The notes beneath the pieces were generated by a model, which saw only the letters and a list, made by a program, of their open reading frames with translations, was not told the origin of the DNA and ran no database searches. The position numbers and the translations under genes were made by a program. Source: Octopus vulgaris (Eukaryota). Taken from it: a stretch of DNA of 64,000 bases. Positions 42,385 to 56,743 of this stretch are shown here, piece after piece. The stretch lies in contig OX597828.1 in assembly GCA_951406725.2 (NCBI GenBank), forward strand, positions 64,108,001-64,172,000, read 5' to 3'. The stretch's first letter is position 1, and each line of letters begins with the position of its first letter.

Positions 42385-42909
42385 ATGCCCTGATTCAGTA
42401 GCAAGCAATCGCTCTCATGGCTTCTGATCTTAACTGATTGGAAGTGTTATCATGTACATTGTTTTGTGTCAGTATAAAAGATGGGTTACAGCAAATATTC
42501 TGCTCAATACTAGAGATTTACTTGTCAGTTGCTTGAATTTAACCAGTTGAGCTTGTCCTTTGGTTTGCTGGCGATATGTGTATCTCTGATCACGAGCGGA
42601 AGTAGTGGGGAAGCATCATAGCCATGTGTTGAACGGAATTCGTAGAGGTTTGAATAATTCACCTCTGGAAACATAGGTGTTTCGTTCAACATCCTTAAAC
42701 AACTCTTATTCAGGGACCTTTTGAGCAGGATGGGTTACTCGACCTGAAGAAAATTCTAACTGAACCCCACCTGCGAAGTCATGTGCTGTTTATCTTGATC
42801 ACCATATCGCGCACATATGGTTGTGATGCATGTGCCTGGTGTACCCTTATCAGATGGGTATACTGGACTTCGTATATTTTACCCCATGGCATGCATTACT
42901 CTCTCACTC
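42385..42909 (+). mobile_element. Non-coding element of about 520 bp in (AAT)n, copy 1
   Basis: Colinear with 53895-54412 from ATGCCCTGAT to CTCTCACTC, followed by (AAT)n. Confidence 0.85.
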
Positions 42910-42971
<62 letters not shown>

Positions 42972-42999
42972 TACTAGGAATCTTCTTGCTTGTGCAAAT

Positions 43000-43300
43000 G
43001 ATGGTGAGCGAAAGCCCTGCGTACGGAACACCATTGGCTTTTGGGTCACTAGGATAGAATGTGTACTATTTCGAACCCTTCCACTTGACAGCTTTACGTA
43101 GCACCGATATATCTCTGATTGATTTGATGCCCCACCTACTGGATCGACTGACTACTATTCAATCTTAAGTCCTTCTCCGAACAGGTCCTTGCCTCACACC
43201 TATGCATCACTTCTCTAACCAGGTTTCATCACCCCTTTCCAGCCATGTCCAAAGTTTGGCCCGCTCAAATGCTGACTGAATTTCTTTCAAGAAGATCAAC
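43000..43300 (-). mobile_element. HERO-like LINE 3' fragment
   Basis: Homologous to 44340-44650 (ctactggatcgac..act.tt...tcttaagtcc; cagccat.tccaa.gtttggc). Confidence 0.7.
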
Positions 43301-43493
43301 ACCATTATTAATGATGATTAATTTTTATTTTCATAGTTTTCTACTTATTTGACAACAATTCAAGCAATAACAAACAATCCATAACACACAGTTCCTGTAA
43401 GGAAAACAAAACAGAAAAAAAAAAAGTTTTCCTTGTGGGGTGGATTTTGAATCAAAATATATTTCTTGCTTTCTATCTCATCCTCAGTTAACC

Positions 43494-43727
43494 TATTTCT
43501 TTATTACCCACAAGGGGCTGAACATAGAGGGGACAAACATGGACAGACATAGGTATTAAGTCGATTATATCGACCCCAGTGCTTAACTGGTATTTAATTT
43601 ATCGACCCCGAAAGGATGAAAGGCAAAGTCGACCTCGGCAGAATTTGAACTCACAACGTAACGGCAGACGAAATACCGCTAAGCATTTCGCCCGACGTGC
43701 TAACGATTCTGCTAGCTCACCGCCTTA
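43494..43727 (-). mobile_element. OK-like SINE, full length
   Basis: Closely similar to 2605-2833. 12-bp TSD cctcagttaacc at 43482 and 43729. Confidence 0.92.
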
Positions 43728-44148
43728 ACCTCAGTTAACCGAACTCGGTGAACCGGATTTACCCTGAATGGCTTCACAATGATATCCATTCCATCCTTTT
43801 ATAATATCAGAAATCTCCTTCTGGATTTCTCACAGTCATGCAATTCTGTTTTGATAAAAAGATAATTTGGTTCGGGTGTTCTTCATTTACAGATTGAGAA
43901 GAAAGGTAGAAGAGTTGAGCCAACATTCATCGCGAGATAAATCATCTCCTGTTTCACATTTACCTAGTAACAGTTAACAGTTATGCCTTCAAGAATACAT
44001 ACATATGTGTGTGTGTGTGTGTGTACACACATATGTATGTATATGTGTGTCTAGAAATGTGTATATTAATAGTATGCATGTATATATATGTACGTGGAAA
44101 TATATGTACATACATAGTTATATAAATGTATCTCTATCTATCTATCTA

Positions 44149-44230
<82 letters not shown>

Positions 44231-44339
44231 TATTGTATGTGTGTGTATGTTTGCATATGTGTGCATGTATGGGTGTGTGCAAATATGAGTATGTAAATAG
44301 AAACAGCTTACTCGTGCAAGTGCAGTCAGTAAAAAAACT

Positions 44340-45850
44340 CCGTATACCTGATATCAGGTTTCAAGGGTCATCGAGAGAGAACGTGCGCCGTCTCTCCTCA
44401 ACGGCTTTAAAGTGCATTCTCTCCCGACTAATGCTTGACCCTATCTACTGGATCGACGGACTATTATTCGGTCTTAAGTCCAATTCAGGATCGTCAATGC
44501 CATTCAAATTGCGGTGTTGCGTAGACTTGCCAGATAGGCAAAGAGGCACCTAACTTACAGTCACACATCGCTTCTCCAGCCGGGTTTCGTCGTTCCTTTT
44601 CAGCCATATCCAATGTTTGGCTCCCTCAACGGTCGATTGGGTCTTTTTCAATATGGCGTTTGCTTCACGATGATTGACACAAACTGATAGCAGCCATGCT
44701 CTCAGCCTGGTTCCAATAAAGCTTCTACATTCTACAAGAAAGCCTACAGCACTCTAACCAGCCTCTAACCAGCCTCTAACCAGCCTCTAAACAGTCCTCT
44801 AGCATCTCACGAGACTCGTCTTCCTCTACCGAAGCCGCATCTATTGTCTTCATTCAACAAGGTACATTCTCTTAAGTTCCTCACATCCTATTCTTATATT
44901 TGGCTGATTCTTTGTTGCTAATGGAAAGCGACGATCACACACTACGATAATTGCTGCCTCCCAAGCTCCATCCCACTTCTTGTTTTTCACAGTTTTCTCC
45001 TCTTTTATGATAAACCGTTTACTGTTATCATTCTGAAGTTTCTTTCCACTATTGATCATTTCCATCCGCTTCTAAACAGCATTATATAGAAATTTGAGGG
45101 CTTCATTGTGTCTGCAGGAATGTGTATACATTCAGCGCCATGGAGCATTTAGATAGAATATGCATTAGCGTGCCAACTTTTCCGCATCGGCATTTGTTGT
45201 CATTCGCTGTTTTCCATCTCCACAGATTGCGTGGGGATGGCAGCACATCACAAGTAGCCGGAAGCGGAAGCTTAAACGTGATGTGTTCCAACTCCAGATC
45301 TCATTTTAACACATCTTCCGTTCAATAACCTTTTCTTCTCATTTGGTCACGTGACCTTGTTGAGAGCACTGTAGCCGGAAGCGGAAGCTTAAACGTGATG
45401 TGTTCCAACTCCAGACCTCATTTTAACACATCTTCCGTTCAATAACCTTTTCTTCTCATTTGGTCACTGAATCAAATGCTGTTCTCTTTTCTCTGATTCT
45501 TTAGCTTTAATACAACCACTTAACTGCGGTTCTGCACTTCCTCTGCGTCAGCGTCGAAAGTGGTTTAAATGGATTACAACCAATCCACTTCCGATCACTT
45601 CCAATGACTCCTACAATATCCCAGTGTTCAAGGCCGTCTCCCGACGCATCGCTTCAGCGCTTCTTGACCACTCACCCATTAGAGACAATACAAGTGGTTC
45701 CATTCTTCAGTAAATAGTACAGTGCAGTCCCATTGGCAAAGGAAACTGCGAAGAAAATATTTTTTCTGAGGATCGGTCACACACAATGCAACGTTCCGTC
45801 AGATTTTCCGTCTCGCTTCGCTGCACAAAAGAATAGTATGGAATGGGTGT
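44340..45850 (-). mobile_element. HERO/NeSL-group LINE 3' region (CCHC knuckle plus restriction-like endonuclease), decayed
   Basis: DVLPSPRNLWRW...CRCGKVGTLMHILSKC.MAL, KRMYLVE, and terminal AKHWIWLKR. Confidence 0.85.
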
Positions 45851-45912
45851 GTTTACATTCTTATTTAAACCACAGTGAGGATATATAATGTTTGTTCACA
45901 CATACACACACT

Positions 45913-46180
<268 letters not shown>

Positions 46181-46585
46181 ACATGTAGAGAGAGAAAAGA
46201 GAAGAGAGAGACAGAGAGACAGAGAGGGAGGTGGTGTGAATATATCTTTGCAGATGTAAGTGCGTAGTGATACGCACACACATGCCTGCCTACTTACATA
46301 CACACATACATACAGTTCGCTAGATGTTTGTCATCCAGCCACGAAGCATCCCAGTTATAATGTCTACTGCAGCTGTCGAAACACAGACAAATTATGCAAA
46401 TATTTCAGTTAAGTCACGTGGTAGGAGCTCAAGCGTGCCTTCTTAACAAAATATACTAAAGTGCCATCTGTTGGAAAGTATGTGAACAACGAGTCGCTTT
46501 ATATATTTTATCATGGCCGCCAGCAGATATATTACACGCACACCAACTGATATTAGCGTGTATACATACATATATACAAGCATAA

Positions 46586-46664
<79 letters not shown>

Positions 46665-47661
46665 TATGTGTATGTATATATATATATATATGCATGAATG
46701 TATAAATGTATGTGTGTATGTATATATATATACTTGTATGTGTGTTCGTTGTGTATGTGTGTGTGTGTGTGAGTGTGTGTGTGTGTGTGTGTGTGACGGA
46801 GCGTGCTTAGGCTTGCAGAATGTGGTATGATACTATTAATATCGAGAATAGAGTGACGTTTGGAAGAATAAAGAATGGAGTGAGCTTTGTTAAATTTCAC
46901 CTGTATGTGACCACCACCACTCTCGGCCTTGTCCCACAAAATCTTTATGTATCTATAGCTACGACTTTCAGCTGAATTCTGTCCAGAAAAGAACATGTGC
47001 CTCAGGGTAAGAAATTCTAGAGGCCACGAGCTAGAATGTTTATTGTACATTATCCTACACGCTTCATGTTTAATTCCCGTGCGTGGGAGATTTTATGGGT
47101 TGCTTGTGGAATATACTACAAATGGCAACCAAGTTTCAAGTTACACCGCATCATCTTATGAAAGTCACTCGGTGTTCAACGTTAGAATAACTTTGATCGT
47201 ATATCTACAAGATTAACTGTAGCATGGGAGCAATCTAGCCCACGAAAGTACTCCTTGATATAGATTCAGGAACCTGTGTGTGCGCGTGTGTTTAATGCAA
47301 ATTATATAGTCAGGGTTTCATATCGGTACCCGAAGTTCCTTCTCAAAAGAGTTGTCTCTGTAACAAAAGATTTACCTGTAAGCCAAAATAAATAATGTTC
47401 TCCTATGGAAACTCTCTCATGTAATGCGGTGTATAAATGTTTGGTGCCGTTTATAGTCAAAGTTCAAAGAGAACCAACTCTGGAGAGTTTTTTTAAATTT
47501 TTTATTTGACTTTAACAACAGACGACATATATTTTCTCACGCATTGTCAGTCAATAATCGATAACGAAAATCGGACACACGTACACACTCCACCGAACAT
47601 ACACACATCCATATACACCTACATGCACACACTTTTGATGGCTGTAGCACACACACACACA

Positions 47662-47705
<44 letters not shown>

Positions 47706-47969
47706 GATAGAGACACACGCTCAAATATAAGTTGAAAGCAGCTCGCGGGGTATAAACAATATCGAACACATACAAAAGGTATGTATTTTGCTAGTTCGTA
47801 GGTAGGATGCGCTTATAAGCGTAGGCGAACATATTTTCTCTTCTGCCTGGTGTTAAAACACCTGGAAGTCATAGACAGGCGAGACAACTCGCATTAGATC
47901 CCATTCAGGAACGAGAGATAATTGATGTTTTGTCATTTTTGTGACTTGTCAATACCGCGTATTCGAAAC

Positions 47970-48417
<448 letters not shown>

Positions 48418-48513
48418 CGGGAAGCTTTATGAAAATAAACAAAAGACGAAGGCAGGTGGAATACAAACAAACAATTGTATTAGTATGGCGCTCAGGAATA
48501 TAAATAAAGCAAG

Positions 48514-48551
48514 TCTTTTATGTTTCGAGCCTACGCTCTTCAACAGAAAGA
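48514..48551 (-). ncRNA. Minimal hammerhead-like motif inside a 215-bp insert (48417-48631) in (TA)n
   Basis: TCTTT-CTGTTGA-A-GAGC-GTAG-GCTC-GAAA-CA-TA-AAAGA. Stems I and II are perfect; the core has two deviations. Confidence 0.65.
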
Positions 48552-48628
48552 TACACAGAAAAGAAGCACGGAAAGAAACAAGGAGAGAAAAGATAATGCG
48601 TGCAGAAGCTAGCGAATCAACATGGCGA

Positions 48629-48730
<102 letters not shown>

Positions 48731-49102
48731 GCACGCGCGCGCGCATACACACATACCTGGATGTTATAGGATTATAAGCCATCATAACAATACGAGTATT
48801 TCAGTCTGATACCTATTTATCGATTCCTGCTTCACAGACCACCATGTTACTGTAAATAAACTGAAGCACCATAGCGAACACGATACCAGGTTTCTGTACC
48901 AATGTACACATTAACATGCACCTGTATATACACACATATATACACACCTACGCAGGAATATATAATGTATCTGAATATCAGAAGGTAATATGCGTGCATC
49001 TACGCCCGTCTACAAATGTGCATATGAAAATATGTGTTTTTTTTATGTTGCTGCGGGAATTGTATACATGTGCTTACCGTATGTATGAACAAAGGAATAC
49101 CG

Positions 49103-49185
<83 letters not shown>

Positions 49186-49393
49186 CATGTGTATGTGCGA
49201 TGTATAATTGTATTTATGTACCTATGTATAGATATCTAAATTCATATATATAAATATATGTGCGTGTATATATATATGAATATATATGTGTGTGTGTGTG
49301 TGCTTATGTATACATATGCATGTATCAATGCATTTATGTGTGTGTTAGTGTATGTCTAGGAATGGTTTGTTTATAAATCATTCCTGCACCAAC

Positions 49394-49477
49394 CTGTCTC
49401 AGTTCAAAGGAAAAGCTCTTCAGAAGCTGACAGTTTTTCAGTTGAAATTGTTGTTGCTGCTGCAATTGCCGCTGTTG
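49394..49477 (-). other. Candidate host exon (84 nt)
   Basis: Minus strand tttctatgtttattttccag | 84 nt open in phase 0 (QQRQLQQQQQFQLKNCQLLKSFSFELRQ) | gttggt. No homology recognised. Confidence 0.25.
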
Positions 49478-50657
49478 CTGGAAAATAAACATAGAAAGCA
49501 GCAGTGTAGATGTTGCTGCAACTAAAGGACATGGACACAGTTTGCGTTTTGTTCGCCTAGAATTCAGAAGCAGACGAATGTAGAGCTTCTTGTGGAGTGT
49601 ATAACTCGGCAAGTGGGGCCAACCAGTGAGGAGGCAGGAGATGAAGACGAAGCTGTGAACCCATGGCAGATAGACGAGCCATCGGAAGCGGGGTCGGGGG
49701 AAACGAGAAGCTATCGGTGTAGCAAGCGATAACGAAGGGGCAACGAGCTTACGAGGAAACCGTGAGATGACGCTGAAGTTAGGGGGGAAAAATGAAGGAA
49801 TCACCAAGGTATAACGAAGGAGAGAAAGAAAGGAAAAGCTAAGAGTTGAGCACGCGATAACGAGAATATTAAGAGTTGATGAATGAATCAATAGTGAAGG
49901 AGGGTGTCGGGGGGACAAGGAGATAGCGAGGGAGAAATGAGCTAACGAAGTGCAGACCGACAAGATAACGAGGAAACAATGAACTTATGACAAAGTCGTG
50001 AGTTAACCTAACGAGGAGGCAACGAGGAGATAACGACGGAGATGATGAGGGTCAAAAGAATTATGAATGAACACATAACGGGCGGTGGGGAGTCAAGAAG
50101 CTAACGTAGGAAGAGCTACGAGCTAATTACGAATTAACGAGTTAATTAGTGAAGAAAGGAACAGGTGATTGCAGAGGAGCTAACTTATAAGTCACTAGGT
50201 AACGGGTGAGATATAAGATAATGAAAAACATCGAACTAAAGAGCCATGGCTAACTTGGGAGTCACGGATTAACACAGTCGCAACCACAAGGTAAGGAGTT
50301 ACCTGCTAATGAGGGAAGAACGGAATAATGAAGGAGTTACAAGCTAACTGAGGACCCACGAACTCACGAGGATTTGAGGGGAAGGCTGGATAGCCACGAG
50401 GTACCTAAAACACTTATAGTTAACGAGGGAACTACAAGTTAAAGTGTAAGCATCCACGTCCCTCGATCTGCTAGAAATAGAAGCCTGAAATCAGATCTTA
50501 CCAAAAGAAAGAAAGATTTGATATTAAGCAGCGATGTACTCGAGGAAGAGGCAGATTATATTTCTGAATTATGATCTAATTGAACTTGTAATTTGAACAT
50601 TTCAGATTGAGAAACGTGTGATGTATTTAACAATAATTGCTCGTTCCTATCATTCAT

Positions 50658-51062
50658 AGGCGCAGGCGTTGCTGTGTGGTAAGAAGCTTGCTTTCCAACC
50701 ACATGGTTCCGGGTTCAGTCCCGCTGCGTGGCACCTTGAGCAAGTGTCTTCTAATATAGCCTTGGCCCGACCAAAGCCTTGTGAATGGATTTGGTAAATG
50801 GAAACTGAAAGAAGCCCGTCGCACATATATATGTATCTATCTATGTGTGTGTGTGTCTTTGTGTCTGTGTTTGTCACCCCATCAACATTTTACAACCAGT
50901 ATTGGCGTGTTTACGACCCCGTAACTTAGCGGTTCAGCAAAAGAAACTAATAGAGTAAGTACTAGGCTAATAGTATAGTCTAATAGAATAGAACTAATAG
51001 AACTAATAGAATAAGTCGGTGCTCCAGCATGACCGCAGCTAAATGACTGAAACAAGTATAAG
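50658..51062 (+). mobile_element. OR-like SINE, near full length
   Basis: Same head, CORE-like segment and tail as 21001. The tail contains small aactaatag duplications. Confidence 0.92.
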
Positions 51063-51282
51063 AATGTGTTTATTCATCGCATACCATGAAACGTAAGTTG
51101 CTATTGAAAGTCGAAAAATGGTAATCAAAGGAACCTAACAATCCAGCTGATTAGTTTATTGATCAAGTAATTAATCAACCAATTAGTTAATAGGCTAATA
51201 GGTTAGCAAGTAGTAGTAGGAGTGATAGTAGTAGTAGCGGTCATAATGATATAACAACAACAAGAATAACAACAATAAATAA

Positions 51283-51410
51283 TGATTTCGAATTTCGGTA
51301 CAATGTTACCAATTTCGGGGGTAGGGGTGGATCGACCCCCGTAATCAATTGGGTAATTATATTATCCACCCCGAAAGGATAAAAAGCAAAGGCGACTTCA
51401 GCGGAATACT
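51283..51410 (-). mobile_element. OK-like SINE fragment
   Basis: ccccgaaaggataaaaagcaaaggcgacttcagcggaat. Confidence 0.7.
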
Positions 51411-51444
51411 GATAATAATAATTATAATAATGATAATAATAATA

Positions 51445-52387
51445 ATAAGCTTAATGAAATATCTAGCCCAAAGTAAGGAAACCTTGCTAGTGATAGTTAG
51501 GAACGAAGGAGAAAAAAGGGAAAACAAAGAAGAAGTACAAAAAGGACATGAAGAAGCATTACGCAACAAGGGACTACAGAATCAATTACACAAAGCCACA
51601 GCAGAAGTTGCTGGAAAAATAGGTGGGATTGGCTGATGAAAGAAAAGCTAAATTAAGAGACCGAGATCACTATACTGGCAGCACAGACCAATCTTTGGCC
51701 ACGAATTGGACGGTCAGTCTTAGGAATGGGCAAGTGACTCCGCTGTGTTGCATCTGTGATAGAGTGAATGAAACCATTCCCATATCATGAACGAATGCTC
51801 TAGACTTGCCCAAACCACTACATGTTGTGGCGAACGAACAGGTAACGAAAGTTCTGCATTAGAAACTACGAAAAATGGGGGATAGAGAGAGGCAAGACGT
51901 GGTATGAGCACAAACCCAGAGAGTGGCAGAGTCGGAGACTAGCAAGATTCTCTGGGATTTCCCAATCCAAACAGATCAGGTGTTAGAGCATAACAGACTG
52001 GACCTAGTGGTGGTGGACAAGGGGCACCACATATGCTGTACAGTTGATGTTGCATGTCCCTTTGACCCACGAATAGTCAATAAGGAAGTAAAAAAAAAAA
52101 GATCAATACAACCCTCTTAAGTAGGAAATAGCCCGGTCATGGAAAATGAAGAAGGTGAAGATAGTGCCAATTGTTGTTGGGTCCTTGGGGACATCAAGAG
52201 GAATATAAACGAAATTGGAATAGAGTGCCAAGCAGAACTGTTACAAAAGGTTTGGCACGGCCAGAATAATCAGGAAAGTACCAGACAGCTAAAAAGAACG
52301 CTTAGTATGGTACCGTAGGCTGCAGGCAGCAAGACCGTTACGCATGCAAGACTCATGGAGTTCCAACAAAACTTGTGATAAAAACAA

Positions 52388-52390
<3 letters not shown>
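51445..52390 (+). mobile_element. R4/Dong-clade LINE 3' end in (TAA)n
   Basis: ETEITILAAQ, NETISHIMNECSRLAQ, WYEHKP, ILWDFPIQTDQVLEHNRLDLVVVDK...DVACPFD, IVPIVVGSLG, GTARIIRKV, then a short UTR and a (TAA)n tail. Confidence 0.92.
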
Positions 52391-52437
<47 letters not shown>

Positions 52438-52439
52438 TG

Positions 52440-52470
<31 letters not shown>

Positions 52471-52491
52471 TAATAATAATAATTATTATAA

Positions 52492-52812
52492 TGAAATGTA
52501 ACGATTTTTTTTGACTTTCCAATATGTACAGACCTGACCATCAAAGCAAATAAACCAGATATTGAAGTGAAAGACCAAAACAATAAAGTGTGTTAATTGA
52601 TTGACATGACCATACCCTGTGGCAAAAGAATTTGATATGCTCATAAAATATAAAGATTTGGTGATCGAAATCGGAAAGATGTGGCATCTCATGGCGGTTG
52701 CAACACCAGTGATTGTAGGAGCCCTTGGAATGATCAACAAAGGAATTTAAAATCATTTAAGAATGATCCCTGGCTTACCATCCATACAGGAAGTACAAAA
52801 GATTGTGACTTT
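52492..52812 (+). mobile_element. Second R4/Dong-clade endonuclease fragment (different family)
   Basis: DFPICTDLTIKANKPDI...LIDMTIP and KYKDLVIEIGKMWHL...PVIVGALGMI. Confidence 0.85.
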
Positions 52813-53521
52813 TCTTTATTTAATTTTTTATTCCTATTTTTCCCCTTTTTCTCTGCCTTTCTTCCCCTTTTTCTCTGCCTTTCTTCCCCTTTTTTCTATT
52901 ACATGTCTTTGTAAATGAGCAATCTGGTGTGTTTATTTTAATGGCCTACCAGTGTATACAGTGAGTGTCGTCTCTGCCCTAGGTGTCTAGAAGACACTCG
53001 GCAAGAAATGGAAGCAGAATTGAAAGAAGATAATAATGATAATAATAAGAAACAGAGGAGGAGGAAAAAAGAAAACGAAGAAAAAGAATTACAAGAGTCC
53101 CCCTCCACTACCATCGTATATATTGAGTATACCATTGATATAACGGGACCAGATATGATTATAGAAGACAAAATAAACAAAAACTGAAAGATGAAAGACT
53201 TCGGAAAAACAAATGAGAACAAATGAAACGAAGAAATAAAATTGAGAAAAGTGAAGAGATTTTGGAAGATGAACATTTGTGATTTGATAATAAACGCTCT
53301 TGGCACAACGCAAAAATCAACACTTTTAGAATGTGAAGAATGCTGGAATCGAGACACGCATTCCCTACCTGTAAAAGAAGGAAATGTACCATTCTGTAAT
53401 CTATAAGAATACTAAAATCATGAATTTGAAGAAATTTGTTGTTTCGAAGCTTCAAAACAAACATCCCAACTAACACAGTATCTGCTACAACAACAACAGC
53501 AGCAACAACAACTGCTACTAC

Positions 53522-53705
53522 TATACTATAGGCTCAAGGCCTGAAAGCTTTTGCTGAGTACCAGTACTAAATTGGTACTTATTTCACTGACCACGAAAAG
53601 ATGATAAGAAAATTAGACCTCGTTGGAATTTGAACTCAAGACGTGAAGACGGCTGAAATACATCTAAGCATTTTGTCCGGCGTGCAAACAATTCTGCCAG
53701 TTCAA
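53522..53705 (-). mobile_element. Diverged OK-like SINE
   Basis: ggtacttattt...ggaatttgaactcaagacgtgaagacgg...aagcattttgtccggcgtgc. Confidence 0.78.
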
Positions 53706-53735
53706 TAATACAACACCGATAATAGTAATAATAAT

Positions 53736-53772
<37 letters not shown>

Positions 53773-53801
53773 TCATCAACAACAACAACAACATCATCAT
53801 C

Positions 53802-53882
<81 letters not shown>

Positions 53883-53894
53883 AATAATAATAAA

Positions 53895-54412
53895 ATGCCC
53901 TGATGCAGTACCAGGCAGTGGCTCTCATGGCTTCTGATTTTTAATGATGTGAAGTGCTATCATGGTCATGTCCTGTCTTAGTATAAAAGATGGGCTGCAG
54001 CAAATAATCTGCTTGACCAAAAAACCAGTTGAGTATGTCCCTTAGTGGCTGACCATTTGTGCATCTCTGACCACGAACAGAAGTAGTGGGGGAGATTCAT
54101 AGTCATGTGTAGAGAGGAATTCTTTGGAGTCTGAATAATACACCTCTGGAAACATGGGTATTTCGTTGAACATCCTTAAACAACCCTTCTTCAGGAACCT
54201 TTTGATCGGAAAGGATTACTCGATTCTAACTGGGCCCTACCCGCAAGGTCATACGCAGTTTATCTTGATACAAGATCACCATGTCGCGCACAAATGGTTG
54301 CAATGCTTGTGCCTAGTGTACCTTTATCAGAGGGGCAGTCATGATGGGTATACTGGAATTTGTATATTTGGACCCCAATGTCATTTTGGTGGCATGCATT
54401 GCTCTCTCACTC
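53895..54412 (+). mobile_element. Non-coding element of about 520 bp in (AAC/AAT)n, copy 2
   Basis: Colinear with 42385-42909, with the same termini. Confidence 0.85.
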
Positions 54413-54424
54413 AATAATGATAGT

Positions 54425-54638
54425 GATCCTTTATTCTATAGGCAAAAGGCCTGAAATTTTGTGGGAGGGGACCAGCAGATTAGAAAGACCCCTGCGTTCA
54501 ATTGCCCTTATTTTATCGACGCCTAAAGGATGAAAGGCAAAGCCAACCACGGCAGCATTTGAACTCAGAACGTAACATCGAGTGAAAAACCGCTAAGCGC
54601 TTTGCCCGGAGTGCTAACGATTCTGCCAGCTCACCACC
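54425..54638 (-). mobile_element. OK-like SINE
   Basis: aaaggatgaaaggcaaag...tttgaactcagaacgtaac...gctaacgattctgccagctcacc. Confidence 0.82.
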
Positions 54639-54667
54639 ATATTATCATTATTATTATTATTATTATT

Positions 54668-54709
<42 letters not shown>

Positions 54710-54733
54710 ATTATTATTATTATTATTATCATT

Positions 54734-54789
<56 letters not shown>

Positions 54790-55354
54790 TAAAAATAGCT
54801 GGTGCGTTTGTTATTGGCAATATGACACTCCCAACATCTGTTTCAACATATGATTTCCCATCAAGAATCTTGCAAAACAAATATAAAAACGAAACATATA
54901 AATAGAAAAGTAATTATATTTTCTAATGGCAAAAGAAACAATCACCCAGGAATCTTATGTAACTTTCTAATGTATATATATATATATATATATATACTAC
55001 CGCTATCCCGTACAAGTTTTAGAATTCCGATTTTAATATATTTGTGAAGAATTTTTGCCTATATTTTACATTTTAATTAACATCTTCCCCTCAAAGCCAT
55101 ACCTTCCTCTCTACACCATCTTGTTTTACATTTAGACGTAGGTTCCCTTCCCTGTCACATCCGTCCCCCACCAAAATTATGCTTTTGTTCACCTTACATT
55201 ATGAACACACAAGGTCTACAAATTTGCAATTCATAACTGAGTTTTGTTATATGTATTTGAAAGTTACTCCTTTCTATATTCATGTGTATCTTTAAAGGAA
55301 TTTTCATCGATTGTTTTCGATTTTTGTCATATTTCTTTATTAGTCTCTCATATA

Positions 55355-55430
<76 letters not shown>

Positions 55431-55869
55431 TAGGTGAAAACACCCAGGGAGTAGTGTTTGTTATAGTAAAATGCAACATAAGGTGAAGAGAGTAGATGAC
55501 GTTTGGAGGCCAGCAGTTAGGCCATGGCTAACGAAAACATATTTAATTATAAATAGATATAAATCATTGTGTATGGTACACTAATCGCCACAAAAAGCAT
55601 CGTTGGTTGATTAAGTTCATAGTTTATTTCTAATTATATGTTTTTATTGGAAGGTTCATGAAATTACAAGGTCAGATACATAAGGTTGTATCACATTTAC
55701 ACACACACACACATACGCGCGCATACACACTTATTATGCACATGTACACATCTTTCTCTGCGTATGTGTATATAATACATACATCAATACATCTGTCTGT
55801 TTATGTATGTATGCATCTGTCTGTCTATGCATGTATGTATGTATATATGCATGTATCCATTTGTCTATG

Positions 55870-55903
<34 letters not shown>

Positions 55904-55974
55904 TGTATGTATGTATGTATGTATGTATGTATGTATCTGTTTGTCTACGTATGTATCTGTCTGTCTGTCTGTCT

Positions 55975-56470
55975 ATGATGGAGTCTCTTGTCGTGAACAA
56001 CAAACGAGGGTGGTTCAGTATACAAAATGGTAATTCGGTTCTATGGACACTCAAATGTCTCTTGAGGCCTGTTGCAAATCTTTTGGCAAATAGAACAAGC
56101 TGAGGAGGACACAGTTTGCTGTGATAAAAAAAAATGATCCACAAGCACTCAGCTTGTGGATCATTTTTTTTGAGTGCACGGCAAGGCCTGCTTTGCTTCG
56201 TGCCACAAAACCACAATGATAGATAAGACATTGAGAGGAACAGCGTTCCTTAATGCTTGCACGAAGTTGGTGTCGGTGTTGGAGTCGACTTTGCTGAAAT
56301 CTTCGAACTGATGAGAAACAGGACCAGCACCAGCTCCTGCGTTCTGATGCTTTTTTTTTTTTTCGCAGAAAGAAAAGGGAATGTTGCATTGCTTCAGATT
56401 GTCTTTTAGTTTGTCTTTGAAGTGCAAGAGTGACTTTCCAACTGACCATTTTGCTGGGAATTGGACAAAG
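55975..56470 (-). mobile_element. RTE-clade LINE 3' end
   Basis: HFKDKLKDNLKQCNIP, ERRSW, zinc-finger-like CGFVARSKAGLAVH, then a UTR running into a (GACA)n/(TACA)n tail. Confidence 0.75.
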
Positions 56471-56471
56471 A

Positions 56472-56547
<76 letters not shown>

Positions 56548-56559
56548 GTATATATATAT

Positions 56560-56668
56560 ACGACAGGCTTCTTTCCTTTTCCGCCTGCTAAATGCACTGA
56601 TAAGGCTTTGGTCAGTCCGCGGCTGTAGTGAAATACTTTTTTCCAAAGTACCATACAGCCACGCCTGC
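56560..56668 (-). mobile_element. Diverged OR-like SINE head
   Basis: cgacaggcttctttc...aaggctttggtcagtccgcggctgtag...acagccacgcctgcg. Confidence 0.7.
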
Positions 56669-56676
56669 GATTTATG

Positions 56677-56743
<67 letters not shown>

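Noticed and set aside
49670-50440. CRISPR-like repeat-spacer array
   Set aside because: The repeat is only 6-8 nt and variable, spacing is irregular, the context is eukaryotic and there are no cas genes.
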